DNA from: the human T2T-CHM13v2.0 reference genome, Homo sapiens
Direction: 5' to 3' (one strand)
Length of the DNA stretch: 64,000 nt
Assembly (NCBI RefSeq): GCF_009914755.1
Contig: NC_060925.1
Position 1 is the stretch's first letter. Each line of letters begins with the position of its first letter. Shown piece by piece: positions 19,541 to 35,955 of the stretch. The translations under genes and the position numbers were made by a program. Below the pieces are notes generated by a model, which was not told the DNA's origin, did no database searches, and saw only the letters and a program-made list of their open reading frames with translations.

Positions 19541-22163
19541 TAATTACATTGACATTTCCCTCATAAGAAAGTTAGGTTTTTAGTTCAAGTGGTAGTATTC
19601 TATGATAAAATTGAGAATCTAGCAAAGTCTCAGCAAAGAACAGGGGCTGCAGAGGACACATTGAAAATTAAATACAGAGCAAAGGTGAGCCAGGATGGAG
19701 GAAGGCCTCGGCAGACTGGAGACATGCGATAAGAAAGACAATGGTCCCAGGAGAAGAGGGACAAGGGGGTCAAAAGGCATGCCAGAGAGACCCTCCCAGA
19801 TCTACCTGCTCTCTTTCTCTCCTATTTTTAAGATTTCTCACCTTGTCGAGGGGGAAACAAAGCCTTTTATTGTTTTTTTGTTGTTTTGTTTTTACATGGA
19901 AGTATATTGAGAAGCTTGAGGAGTGGCAGGAGAGTCCAGGAATAAAAAAATGTAATAATACTTGCTGTGCATTTACCAGGTCTATGTCTTCATGTTCAAC
20001 CACAGGGAGCCTCCCGTTGGCCCCATTAGAGGACCCATTCTTATTTATTTATTTTTGAGACAGGTTCTCATTCTGTCTACCAGGCTGGAGTGTAGTGGCA
20101 TGGTCTTGGCTCACTGCAGCCTCGACCTCCCTGGGCTCAGGTGATCCTCCCACCTCAGCCTCCTGAGTAGGTGGAACTATAGGCACCTACCACCATACCC
20201 GGCTAATTGTTGTATTTTTTTTATAGAGACGGGGTTTCACCATATTGCCCAGGCTGGTCTCAAACTCCTGGGCTCAAGCAATCTGCCCACCTCGGCCTCC
20301 CAAAGTTCTAGGATTACAGGTGTGAGCTACCGCACTTAGCCCAGGGAACCCATTCTAAAGTTTCCTCAGTGTGTAATCTACTCTACCTGTCTCCCTTCCC
20401 CTAAACAGTGGATACAAAACACTTCATCTCCCTAAAAAGCAGGCAGGGCCAATTTTTGTCACTAGGTGGCATGCACATATAAGCAGTGAGTTGAGTTGCA
20501 GAAAAGATGAAGGAAAACTAGAAAAAGCAAACCCATTCAACAACAAAGAAGGAACTTCAAGAATGAGGTAAACATATTTAAATTGCCTTTTTGAAATCGT
20601 TATCACCAACTTGCTTTTTTTCGTGCCCCACAACTTCAGGCTGAGTACTTGGTAGTGATAGAAAGAACTATCCCTGAACCAGGTGGCAGCAAAAAGCAAA
20701 ACATGGACTAAGAGAAGCCAACAAGCCAAAGGAACTAAGGGCTTAATCACCCTTTTGGGCAGCCCACTTCTATCTCGAATGGCCTCTCTAAATCATTGTG
20801 CATATTCTTTAGTATTTTTATATTATCCAAAAGTCATTCCCCCCCACCCCACAGTTTTTTTTTTTTCTTTTTGAGACAGAGTTTTGCTCTGTCACCCAGG
20901 CTGGAGTGCCAGGATCACCTTAAATTATCCAGTGGGATCACCTTAAATTATCCAGTGAACATGAAGCACAGCCAAGACTAGAGGAAAATGAAATGTGTTC
21001 ATCCACAAGTCTAGTGCTTAATCAGCAAGATTTTACTTGATAAAGTTAAAGCTTTCAGACAAATGAAAATAATCTTAAGAAAAATAATCTAACTCCAATC
21101 TAGAGTCATTATAAATTAATGATTACAGGGGAAAAGAGAAAAACAAATTGTCAAATGATTTCTTAGTGTATATAGAAACAATATGAATCTAAATTTTTTG
21201 AACACTTCACTATTCAACTGCTTTTAGTAATGTTCCCTTATAATTTACAAAGGAACTTTACATATATTATTCTCATTTCATTTTTGTAACAATTTTATGA
21301 GTATGCAGGCCATTGCAGGAATTATTGTCCTCTTTTTTTAGACAAGGAAACTGACGCTTACAGTAGCTACCAGTTGTAAGATTTCTGAGCAGATTTCTAC
21401 TCAACTCACCTTTGTGTCCACAATGCCCGTAGCACAGGGTCTTGCACAGAGGTCGTGCTTTAAATGTGCTTGGTAAATGGGTGAACGAATGTATGCAATT
21501 ATAGCATGATACAAATGTCAGGTTCTTGCCCTTTCTGATCCTCCAGAAAGTATATCTGAGAAAAGAAGTCACACTCTTGGCTAATGTCTTTCTGGAAAAT
21601 TGGTTGTTCTTGATTATTTTCACCGAGTTATTCATTGCTATAATATAGTCAAAATCTTAGATAAGTCCACCACATCTAATTTAAAGTGGTCTTTAGTGTT
21701 CCAAACTTGACTTCACTCAAATTTCCTTATTCTTCAAGTTCCAGAGAGAACTTTATTTATTTTTTTCCAATGGCTTGCTGCCTGATGCAACCCATTAGTC
21801 AGTGGTAAAATTAATGGATTATGACCACATTTTTCGAAGAATGAAATAAAATACCAAAGTGCATAAAAGAGGTATTGTTTCATGGGACTTCTATAACTGG
21901 GATGCAATAATAAAAATGTGTTTCTTACTGTGGGGTTGTGGTCAAAAAAGTTTGAAGACCACTGCACTAAAGTATTGCCCCAGTTTGATTAAAAATGTAA
22001 AATGTTCTCTAGAATGGAAAAATCTGTCACCAGATCAAGCTTTCAGACTTTTTCTACTTTCTTGATATGTATGACCTCTGTTTAAGATCCAATTGACTGT
22101 TCAGCAAATGGCTGAAATAGCTATAAACCCCAAAATCACTTTTGTATTAACAAAAATTATATT

Positions 22164-22465
22164 GGCTGGGCGCGGTGGCTAACGCCTGTAATCTCAGCAC
22201 ATTGGGAGGCCAAAGCAGGCGGATCACGAGGTCAGGAGATCAAGACCATCCTGGCTAACACGGTGAAACCCTGTCTCTACTAAAAATACAAAAAATTAGC
22301 CGGGTTTTGTGGCAGGCGCCTGTAGTCCCAGCTACTCAGGAGGCTGAGGCAGGAGAATGGCATGAACCTAGGAGGCGGAGCTTGCAGTGAGCCGAGCTCG
22401 CGCCACTGCACTCCAGCCTGGGTGACAGAGCAAGACTCCGTCTCAAAAAAAAAAAAGGAAAGAAA
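22164..22465 (+). mobile_element. AluY
   Basis: AluY diagnostics (accatcctggctaacacggtg, gagaatggc, ggagcttgcagtg). TSD aaaaattatattg at 22152-22164 and 22466-22478. Confidence 0.9.
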
Positions 22466-24283
22466 AAAAATTATATTGAAGGATTCCTGAGCAGCCAGAT
22501 GAATTCTGGAGCCAAATATAAGTTTCTGGGTTTTAAAATGTGCTTAGCCTCCAACTGCAGAAGGCCATTTGAAACTTGAAATATCATCTCTTAGTAGGCT
22601 TAAGTAGACTTAGGTTTATCCTCTTCCTCACTCATCTGGTGATGGTGGAATAATTTTTAAATTTCTTCTAATATTCAAAAAGTCTTGTTAAAATATACTA
22701 TTTAGACAATGAGAGTAATGTGGGAAAGCTTTGTAAAAAAATGGAATAGAGACAGTGATAATCATCTAAATGATACTCTGAAGACCCCAACTTGTCTTAT
22801 GTAAAGACATTTTGAAGATCTTTTGCATGTAGGGTAACAGGTCCAGATGGGATTCAAGTTAAGCAGTTTTATATTGTAGCCCCAATGGAGACAGCCCTAC
22901 TGGGTGCTGCAGTAGAAAGAGCGTGGACCCTGAAAACTAAGGATCTGGGTTCTTCCTGGTTCTGTTACTTACTCGTGTAGGATCTTGGATAAATCATGAT
23001 TTGTCACCTGTAAAATGGAAATAATAAAAAGATACCCTATCTCCCTCATAGGATTCCTGTGTTTGAAAAACAAATGCCTTTAATATGCCAGGCATAGTAT
23101 CAATTGCTTTACAGAATCCATCAAGAACACTATGAGGTAAAAACCTATTTATCTGATATGACTAGAACCAGTAATTTATAGGTTAATCTAAAAATTTAAT
23201 TACAGTTATGAAAAAATACATATATACATACTTTAGACATGTTTAACTTAAAACATACAAATATATACTTGTTCACTTTTTATGTAGGGCCAAGGCCTTT
23301 TCCTTGAGTATGAGTCTACTGATTGCAATACCGTTTTTTTTTCTGCATAAACCAAACCCATCACCTCTGATTTCCAGTTTTGGTTTCTTTAAAGTGGAGC
23401 ATGAATTAAAACACTAAGAAATAATGCTGAATCTTTCTAAATTTTTTGTTACTTTTTTAGTCTTTGTTATTTCACCAACAGCAATTATTTTTAGCAACTT
23501 TTTTTATTGTTATTCCAAGTCATTCAGTTTAATTTTCACAGAAGTAATCCTTCTTTTGTATTCATATTTCATAATTTAACATATTTAGTCCATGCATTTA
23601 ATTACAATAACAAGTAAGATAAATTATGTTACACAATTGACTGGCAAGAGTTGTGCACAAGCATGGTTGAGAGCATTCAGCGTGATGTGGATGCTGGTCA
23701 TCAAGCTTTTCACAGGGAACTGGGAGGATCCATCTGAAGACTCAGGTAAGTGGAAATCAGATAAGGGAGCTTTGACTGAGTTATTAACTCCATTTTCCAG
23801 ACGAGGCTATTGAAGCTTAGAAAGTTAATTGTCCATTTTTAAATGAATGACTCATATAAGAAAGGCTCTAACAGAAATACAGGAAAGAGAAATCTAACTC
23901 AACCATGTAAAAGGTGATGCTAAGTAGGAAAAGTAAGAGAAGAAAAATCAGGCAAATAAGACAAAGAACATTCTAGGCCGAGAAAACAAAGGTAGTAAAG
24001 TCCAAAAAGAACATGAAAGGCTGAGCACTGTAGCTCATGCCTGTAATCCTAGCACTTTGGGAGGCTGAGGTGGGAGGATCACTTCAGCCCAGGAGTTCAA
24101 GACCAACCTGGGCAACATAGTGAGACCTCATCTCTAGCTTAATAAAAATAAAAAAGAACATGAAAAATGCAGAATTTGTTTAAGAAATCTGCTTAGCTAG
24201 AGGACAAGATATAGTGGGGTAGGTGGGCGTGGTGGCTTACACCTGTAATCCCAGAACTTTGGGAGGCTGAGGCAGGCAGATCA

Positions 24284-24583
<300 letters not shown>

Positions 24584-24686
24584 CTAACTAGTTTAAATTT
24601 ACTTAAAAGCTACTGGGAGCCATTGAACAACTTTCCTTTGAGGAGCAACACAATCAGATTTATTATTATTTTTTTTTTATTTTTGA

Positions 24687-24887
<201 letters not shown>

Positions 24888-24982
24888 TGAACCCCTGACC
24901 TCCGGTGATCCACCTGCCTCAGCCTCCCAAAGTGCTGGGATTACAGGCGTGAGCCACTGTGCCCGGCTTCAGATTTATATTA

Positions 24983-25395
<413 letters not shown>

Positions 25396-26874
25396 TTAAG
25401 GGGACAGTGATAAGGATCTGAGTCAGTGTTGGTGACATCCCCACATGGTATTCTCTTCACAATAGGTCTCCTCCCTTTAGTCAACAAGTGTGAAGTGTTA
25501 AGGGGGCAATGTCACTGCAGAGAGTGTCCCTGCCAGCCCCACTATTAGGTAAAAATTAAATTGTTTCTGGTAAGAATTTTACCTGCCCATCTTTTCACAC
25601 ATTATGGGGCTTATGAGTGGGCTTAAACCCATAAGAGAAGTGTGATAATGGGTACCCATCTCTATGTAGCTTAAATATGCTTTTTTGTGCAAACCCCTCA
25701 AAACACTATATAAAGTAAAATTAAAGAGAAATCTCTAAAGTTGGAAACAAAATCAAACAAATGTAAATTGTATTCTGTTGGCAATAACCTTAAAGAAATA
25801 ATTCCAGATAACTTGAAATCTCAGTATTTGGACTGTGAACTCATAGTGTGATATACCTTACACAATCCTCCCTGTCCTTTACTCCACAAAAAACAAAACT
25901 TGAACTATTTTCATTAACTATATTGTTGGTAATGTTTATGTTAATATCTGAGACTTCTGAGTGTATATTCTTAGCTTGTACTAATGAATAATTATGTAAT
26001 ATTCTAATTATATCAGCCGGCTGCTGCAAATTGGAATTCTTAGTATGGTTTGATAAACGAGACACAGACCAAAGAAATTAAGTAAAAATTCTGTAGCCCT
26101 GAGTATCAGTATAACTTCATGTTGTATTTTGTATTAAAACAACAACAAATAATACCAATGTTAGTCCACAGAAAGGCCTAGAAACCTAAAAACCCAGTCT
26201 CACCATTCCTAGTGCTCTGATCACAATCTCCAAATGCCATTTTCCAGTAAAGATGAAACAAGCCTCTTTGGAGAAATTGTTGTTTTCAAGTCATGCAGGA
26301 AATACACAAGATGAGCCTTAGAACATCTTGTTATATCACTTAGCAAGGATGCTACCAATGACAACGAGGGTCATGCAAATAGACTCAGGAGCCAAATGAA
26401 AGAGGCTCTCGCTGGCCAAAAATGGGACAATTTGAGCATTCATAAGAGAAATAGCTTCAGTGGACTGAAGTACATCAAATATGTTTAAATGCATGAATTG
26501 CTAATGACATACACATTAATTATTCACTATTGGAGGATGTTAATAAACAGCTCATTATTTTGAAGACCAAGGAGTTAGGCATTTATTCTTAACTTCCCCC
26601 AAAAAGTAGATGAGAGGAAGTTCCTATTTAGAGGTATTTTAGATCATAAATGAAGGAATACTACAATTAGAATACCATCACTTTTAATATCTCATTAATT
26701 AATAGATCAAAAGCTGCTCGCATTACAGAGACAACCAATAGTATGAAAAAACCAGCATGCTATCACCAAAATCCAAACTAAGAAAAACTCTACAAGGTAA
26801 ACAACACAACTTCTTCAACAAATATATTGTAAGAGGGCAGAGAGATGCTGATGAACCAATAGGTGAGTGAACCC

Positions 26875-27030
26875 CAAACCTGCAGCTTCAGCATCACCTG
26901 GGAATTTGTTAGAGATGCAAATTCCCAGACTCCACAGCAGACTTACAGATCACCAGCTCTGGGGTGGGGCCCAGCAGTTTGTGTTCTAACAAGGCTCTAG
27001 TTATTCTGATACACTCTAGTTTGAGGACCA
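26875..27030. mobile_element. MER5A-type hAT-Charlie MITE
   Basis: cagcatcacctgggaatttgttagagatgcaaattc...ggggtggggcccagcag...tttgaggaccac. Confidence 0.7.
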
Positions 27031-27353
27031 CAACAATTGAAGAAATTTAGGATGTGTATCAGCTAACTGCAATATTCAGTACCTTACTTGGTTCCTGATT
27101 CCAAAAAACTGCAAAAATTTTTGACATCTATAGACAACACATTATATTAAGGAATTGTCCATTTTCTTAGGTGTAAAAATGGTATTCAGATTACACATAT
27201 TTTTTAAAGTCCTGAAATATTTACAGATAAATGATAAGATTTGCTTCAAAATAATACAGAAAGGGCAGAAGCAGGTGGGGTTACAGATGACACAAATTAG
27301 CTAGGAGCTGATAATTGTCGAAGGTGGAGGATGGGTTACCTAGGTGTTCTTTA

Positions 27354-27362
<9 letters not shown>

Positions 27363-27416
<54 letters not shown>
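27363..27416. repeat. Compound (CT)n(AT)n microsatellite
   Basis: Direct reading. Confidence 0.95.
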
Positions 27417-30390
27417 AAATAGTGTATATACATAATAGTATATTTTTGAGATTTTTCATTCTAAAATTTTTTAAAAACTCAAACTAGAATAAATTAAAAG
27501 ACTGACTTAAGCAGAATTAATCTAAAAAAAGAGAAAGTATATAGTACTTTTACTTAAAGGGCAGTATTGAAATACATAAAATAAGTATAAATAGTCTGAA
27601 AAAAACCTACTCCATCCTAGTTTGTGGCAAAATGCTTTTGTTTTAGAAGGGGGATCTAGAAGCTCTATCAATTGTCTGATGTAATTTTAAGTAACTGGCC
27701 CCATTGGAGAGAATGACTTACCTGGGAAGAGAAAGGCCCAGTCTGGTCAAGGACATATGAATATCTACACACATTTGCTTTCCAATTTCCAAACTAGCTT
27801 AGCTTTTAGAATGTAACCTGTTAATAAACTCAGGTTTACTGTCATTTTTAAAAGTTTACTACTTTAGCATATTATGATTGCAACCTGAGTAGACTAATGC
27901 AGATATTAGTAATGGCTGTTTTTCTTCCCTAGACAGGAGACAATCCATCTTACATAGGGAAAATAACCAAATTATGTGTTATGAGAGATGTTCAGAGGCC
28001 TGTCTTGAAATGTCATCTCCAATGATCCGGTGATGCTGTGGACCTAGACTGTCATCCAAATAACTAGTCTTGAAATTTCTTCAGGACAAGAAATTTTAAA
28101 AAACTAATTGTGAGGCTGCAGTAGCCCTTAATAACTCCTTGAATTTAATTCTTGTGATAGTTTTATTTCCTCTGTAATATATCTTTGTTATTGTGCTTTT
28201 AAGAATAGAGTGAATATACATAAGCAGAACATATTTGGAAAAAAATTTAAAAAAATTTTAATGAATAGGGTGAATAGATGTAATCTCTCCTTTTTAACTT
28301 CTCCCTCTTATTTATTCCTTACCATGGAAACATAATTTGTATATGAAAACCTGGTCCATAAGAAGTCTGATTAGAAAGCACCAACTTCAAAGCCTCAGGG
28401 TATGAGTGATAGAGTGTGCTATATATTCTCACTTTAAAAAGGTGATGGCAGAATTTTGAGGATGGTTTCATGTTTTATTTTAGCCATTTCATATTTGTCA
28501 TTATTGTTATCATGGGCATCATTTTCTTCATTATCATTCGAATTATTATTTTGCTTAGAGTGGTCAATGATATGGAGAAAAGACCATTAAAAGTCATTAC
28601 CATCCATTATCAGACATCCTTCTGATAAAACTAGTCTCAGAATAGGGACTTCTGTTCCCTTTCATCTGCTTTTATTGAGCTCCTGCTGTGTTTCCACCCA
28701 CGTTGACTACTTTGTAATAAGGAGAACAAAAAAAAAGACAAAGTCCAACTTTAGAGAGCTCACACACTCTAGTTGAGGAGATGGGATGAGAAGAGAATCA
28801 CCACATACCCATGAGGAGGCTGTAATATAGAGCTTGACAGCCTGGACTATTAGGCTCTACACTGGTTGAATTCAAATCCTGACTGCCACTCAATAGCTCT
28901 GTGATGCAGAGCAAGTTACTAACCTCCCCTGCCCCAGTTTCCTCATCTGTTAAATGAAGGTAAGAACAGTAATTACCTTGTAGGGTTGTCTTGGGATAAT
29001 CCTTAAATTAGATAATCCATAAAACACTCAAATTTATCCATATATTCATCCATATATTTTATTTCTCTGTTGACCATTGTTTCTTGTATGCCATACCTTC
29101 ACCTTGGGCAGATCCTCTTTTTTGTCCTTGGAATATAACCTTTAATAATTCAACTCTCTTAGTTTTGTATGTCTAAACATGTCTTTATTTTGCCTCCAAT
29201 ATTGTACATAAAATTCTAAGTTGATACTTATTTTCCTCAGCACTTTGAAGATACTTTTCTACTGTCTTCTGGACTTTATGGTGCTGATAAGAAAGAAGTT
29301 TGCTGTTGGTTTAACAATGATTACCTTGAAAATTATGTGTTTTTTCTCACTGGTAGAATACTCACATTTAAGTAGACATTTGATGAATGTGCATATTTAT
29401 TGATAAGACTCCACACAGGACTCCTAATTCCATAGATTATGCGGGGAGGATCATGGTACAAACATCCTTCTCCCTTATGAAGGGGCATGGCAGAAAATGA
29501 AGGCTATTGTGACTAAAAGGAAGCTCTGCGAGATTAACAACATATAACTATAACCTTGTCTCCAAGGGAGATCTAAGAGTGCCCCCACAAGAATCTGAGA
29601 GACTGTAATAGGATATGAAGAGAACAGCTGAGGACCCTCATTTTTATTTATTTATTTATATTTAATTTTTTTTCAGACATCAGTGTTACTTGCCAAGACC
29701 CTCATTTTTAAACTCCAACGAGTTATTACGTTCCTTTCCACTCTTGCTTTCCAATTCCTACACCAAGACAACTCTGTATTTTGAGTATATGAGTCAAGTA
29801 TGGCAAAAAGTACAGTACCTTAAAAACTTTTATTTTAGTCCTTCCTGGCCCATGCTAAAACTTATATCTAGAAATACGGCAAAACAAAATGAAACAGATC
29901 TCTCCTTGTACATAAAACAGCTAAAAATTTGGCCTCTTTATTGATCTTATGTCATGTATTTGGCTTGAAAAAAAAACAACAACAAAACAAACAGTTACAA
30001 GGGTTAAACAAACTAAATTTTTCTTCTAAATCTCTAAATGCTCATAGACAGCCAACTTGCAGGGCATACACAGTGCCTTGAGAGTCGGTCCCACAGAAAA
30101 TACTTATGTAAATGAAACAAGAAGGATGCTATTTGTTTTTCATTACATAAACATTACCTGAACTTAACTAATCAATCCACTTATTTGATAAAAATCATCT
30201 AGGACCAAAAGCACTATCAAGTTTGCTGGCTGCCATTTTCACTCTAATCATACCCAAAAGGCTTAGAAATAATTCAAAACTAGAAAGAGGCCCAAGTAGT
30301 AAGGCTACCTATGGCTCTTGCTACAAAACAGTTGCCAGTCTGATGTGTGTGTGTCTAGAAAGAATGATAGAAAATAAAGAGTTCTTGAGT

Positions 30391-30489
30391 TCAAGAGAAC
30401 TTCCCAGAAGGAGGTGGTGGGCCAAGAAATCCACCTGCCTGCTTGGTGGCGGCTCGTGAAGGGGCAAGGCCGAGAATCTTCTGAATGTT
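30391..30489 (-). CDS. TMCO1: TMCO1 last coding exon (exon 7)
   Basis: Acceptor ttcttcacag|AAC. Encodes NIQKILGLAPSRAATKQAGGFLGPPPPSGKFS-TGA (99 nt), the TMCO1 C-terminus. Confidence 0.97.
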   Translation of the reverse strand, partial: NIQKILGLAPSRAATKQAGGFLGPPPPSGKFS

Positions 30490-30616
30490 CTGTGAAGAAA
30501 GCACAGTAAGGATTGGGTTTTAATATCAAATATACAGAAGATGTGTTTTATGTAGCTCTCAGGCAAAGGGAACTCATACTCATATAGATTAAAGGAACCA
30601 TTATGACCTGCAATAG

Positions 30617-30922
<306 letters not shown>

Positions 30923-31103
30923 AATCACTATGTTATTTTTTAAAAAGGCCTACAATGTAATGAAAATCATAGAACAGTAAAAGCCTTCCTTACCTGATGA
31001 GACCTTGGTCTACTAATGAAAGTGGTTGATTTTTTTCGAGTAGAGAATCATAAAAGGAGATAATTTTTTTAACAAGAAGCATATGAAGAATATTCATTAG
31101 CTA

Positions 31104-31304
<201 letters not shown>

Positions 31305-31809
31305 TTAGTAGAAAAATACAAAAATTAGCTGGGCATTGTGGCATACACCTGTAGTCCTAGCTACTCGGGAGGGTGAGGCATGAGAGTCCCTTGAACCTAG
31401 GAGGCAGAGGCTGCGTGAGCCAAGACTGCACCACTGCATTCCAGCCTGGGCAACAGAGTGAGATTCTGTCTAAAAAAAAAAAAAAAAAAAAAAACCAGTT
31501 TCAATTTCTTTACAGTGTTGAAAGTACTCAGAAACCTGCAAAGCACTCTGAGTTCAGAATTCTCCTAAATTTTCAGGACCCTGTCATCTTTTTCCATTGT
31601 TTCACCTACATCTAATGCAATTTTTTAAGAAACTCACTTTTATACTTTTATTCAGTTTTTAAAAACATACTTTCTTCTCATAATTCTTTTTTTTTTTTTT
31701 GAGATGGAGTCTCACTCTGTCATCCAAGCTAGAGTACAGTGGCACGATGTCGGCTCACAGTAACCTCTGCCTCCTGGGTCAAGCGATTCTGCCTGCCTCA
31801 GCCTCCTAA

Positions 31810-31989
<180 letters not shown>

Positions 31990-32405
31990 TAGCATTTTAT
32001 AAGAGGAAAAAAACCTTAGAGATCCTGATTATTCTTGCCCAGTTCCTTCATTTTATATTTGAAGAAACTAAAACTCAGAAAGGTATGATGGATGGCTTAT
32101 CCAGAATTACAAAGCTAAATTAAGAGCACAGTTAGAATTTAAACCTGTTGTGTTTCGACCCTTAATCTAATGGATTCTCTTACACAGTAGTTTCTGTGTT
32201 AAAGTTCTGCTCTTCAGAACAAACTCCATTCTGTGGTAGGCAGGTTTGCATGCATTAAACTATTCATCCAGTAGTTACTGAGTACCTACTAGATATAAGA
32301 TACTGTGAGAATATCCATAACCAGGCTTCTCTACAAGCATACACACCCTCAATCCTTCATCATGAAGAATGATGACTACTATGGATAAGAATGTGTATTG
32401 AGGAC

Positions 32406-32733
32406 GGCCGGGCGCGGTGGCTCACGCCTGTAATCCCAGCACTTTGGGAGGCCGAGGCGGGCGGATCACGAGGTCAGGAGATCGAGATCATCCTGGCTAA
32501 CACGGTGAAACCCCGTCTGTACTAAAAATACAAAAAAAAAAAAAAAAAAAAAAATTAGCCGGGAGAGGTGGCGGGCGCCTGTAGTCCCAGCTACTCAGGA
32601 GGCTGAGGCAGGAGAATGGCACGAACCCCAGGGGGCGGAGCCTGCAGTGAGCCGAGATCGCGCCACTGCACTCCAGCCTGGGCGACGGCGAGACTCCGTC
32701 TCAAAACAAAAACAAAACAAAACAAAACAAAAA
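32406..32733 (+). mobile_element. Young AluY (Ye-like) with perfect 17-bp TSD
   Basis: Most CpGs intact, A23 linker, gaaccccagggggcggagcctgcagtg. TSD aagaatgtgtattgagg at 32387-32403 and 32734-32750. Confidence 0.9.
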
Positions 32734-32943
32734 AAGAATGTGTATTGAGGTAACACTGTTAGAATACAACAGAATGTTTAAATATGGAGGACATAACTTT
32801 AAGGACTCATCTAAATTATATTTACCATAAAATATTTCAGTACATACATTCAACAATACTATAGCTCATTCTTTAAGAAGACATCTGAAATGAGTGAAGA
32901 AAAAAATCAATCGTTAGTACATTAGGATACCTCTCCTTAGTAA

Positions 32944-33124
<181 letters not shown>

Positions 33125-33243
33125 TAATTTTTGCATTTTTAATAGAGTTGGGGTTTTGCCATGTTGGCCACGCTGGTCTCAAACTCTTGGGCTCCAGTGA
33201 TCTGCTCACCTCAGCCTCCCAGGTGCTGGCATTATAGGGGTGA

Positions 33244-33546
<303 letters not shown>

Positions 33547-34845
33547 TGAGCCACCGTACCTGGCCTGCATTACTTTTATAATAAAAATAGCTCCTTAAAG
33601 CTCACCTCTAAAAAACCCATTACACAAAGCAGTAAAAAGACCAAATGATGTCACTAGTTTGCAATTTCTTTATTTAATTAATATTTCCTGAGCACCTACA
33701 ATGTATTTAGCACTAAGCTAGGCATTAAGGGAAATTGCTTTAAAGATAAAATTTGAAACAGTAAGACATACAGAATTAGCTGCTGATAAACATATTTGTC
33801 TAGTTAACAAATACAGTAATATAGCCTAGACAAAATACACAAGGGATTCTTGCTCAGTTATTCTGAAGGGTCAAATAGATGAGTCCTTATCATTTTAGAG
33901 ATTAAAAACCAATGTAAAAATGTTGGATGCCCTTTATAGGTTTACCGTGATTTAAAGAAGATGATTGAAAAAATAAAAAATAATATTTTGAAGAAACAAG
34001 AAACTGAACTGGTAGTCTGTTGAATTTCATTTACTAACTCAAAATATTTAAATGACTACTGAGGGTAAGCCACTGCTCTAGACGGGAATATCTCAAATAG
34101 CAATAGCAGCAACAAAAAAGTGTTAAAAATGAGACACTTCGGTAGCCACAGCCAAAGTACATGGAAATCCAGGCAACTCTATACTTTCCTTTACTCTATA
34201 CTTTCCTTTCCTTGTGGCTCTTGCCACAGACCCGTTTTGGGAACACTAAATTAAATGTATCGGTGTTACATTACACAGGTATTTGTATTTTAACACAAAC
34301 ATTCTGCATTTACTGCATGCAATTTTATCCTTTCGTGAAATTCTAAACTAATCTGTTTAAATTCCTATAGTCTCACAGGTGAAACCTAGGTCTTCCATTT
34401 TTCTCAGACAGATTTCCCCTGCTTTTCCATCAGTGAAATCTTTTCCCCTAAAACCCATGTAGGAACTAAGTGATGGTCTCAAGATGCAAGAGCCACAGGT
34501 AAAAGGACCAGACGTCACTAATATCTCTACAGTAGTAACATCCTACATTTCTACACACTTTAAAGTTTGCAAACAGTTCTAAGGACTAGATAGTAGTCCT
34601 TAGTTATCCCTGCTGTTGAGATGAGAAAGTTGATGTAGGGAGAGGTTACAAGTCAGAAAGTGAACTGATATAACTCAAAGTGCAGTTTTCCTTTATTAAG
34701 CCACCTCTCTGTAACAGACTGTTATCTTAGGAATAAAAAAATCACATAAAGAAGCAAAAAAAAAAAAAAAAAAGGAATAAAAAATCGTGTAACAGGCCTA
34801 TTTTTTTAAAAAATCACAATTATGCTGTTAAATGAGCAAATGGTT

Positions 34846-34882
<37 letters not shown>
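34846..34882. repeat. Compound (CT)n(AT)n microsatellite
   Basis: Direct reading. Confidence 0.93.
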
Positions 34883-34883
<1 letters not shown>

Positions 34884-34914
34884 AACATACACATATAAAA
34901 TATAGTTGCTATGC

Positions 34915-35150
34915 AAAAAACCCATAGAATGTACAATGCAAAGAATGGACCCTAACATAAACTATGGATTTGGGGGTAATAATTATATGTCAGTGTAGAT
35001 TAATCAATTGTAACAAATGTACCACTCTGGTGGAGAAAGTTGATAGAGGGGTGTGCTATGCATATGTGGGGGCAAGGCATATATATGAAATCTCTGTACC
35101 TTCCACTCAATTTTGCTGTGAACCTAAAACTGTTCTAAAAAATAAGGTCT
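34915..35150 (+). mobile_element. L1MC-type 3' end
   Basis: aaacccatagaatgtaca...aattgtaacaaatgtaccactctggtg...ttttgctgtgaacctaaaactg. Confidence 0.75.
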
Positions 35151-35694
35151 ATAAAAGGGAATATAAAGTATTTAAGAATATATAGTAAGATAACAGTTGT
35201 ATTAATAATAGTTGTATACTTTTTCTCATATCTTGCCTTCCCCAACTTTTTGAAATACTGCTAAATGGAATACTTTTAAAATAAAGAAAAATATTCCTGT
35301 GGGTGCTATTTTAAAGTGAAGGTCATAGTATGAAGCTAAAAAAAAGAATAACAACAATAATAATGGTTAACAGTTACTGAGTACTTACACTCTGCAAGGC
35401 ATTGTTCTAAGACCTTTATATGTATGTCCTCATTTAAATCCTCACAACTTAATGAGGTGGACATCATTATTCTTGCATGTAGATAAGAAAAATAAGATAC
35501 CAATGGTCAGGCTGTAATTCAATAAATACTCACTGAATACCACACTGTACAGCAGGCACTTTTGTATATATTATCTCATTACATCTTTCAACAATCTCAT
35601 CCATTAAACTTAACCTGACTGCTTTCCTATAATCTCTCAATTTTTCTTTCTTCTTGAGGTCAAGTTTTCAGGCCTTGTTAATTAGCAAGATTTA

Positions 35695-35955
<261 letters not shown>

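Larger units (their letters stand above)
26660..30390 (-). other. TMCO1: TMCO1 3'UTR; distal end uncertain
   Basis: Follows the TGA at 30393-30391. Minus-strand AATAAA at 29942-29937 and 29834-29829 (proximal candidates) and ATTAAA at 26688-26683 (distal candidate). Confidence 0.55.

Noticed and set aside
25580-25660. Loose hairpin (cccat/tcacac/cttatg ... cataag/gtgtga/atggg) as an ncRNA
   Set aside because: Pairing is fragmentary and more likely a decayed palindromic DNA-transposon remnant.
30377-30403. Hairpin over the TMCO1 TGA as a readthrough or selenocysteine signal
   Set aside because: Short bulged stem, TGA-A context rather than TGA-CTAG, no SECIS recognised, and the stop matches the known C-terminus.
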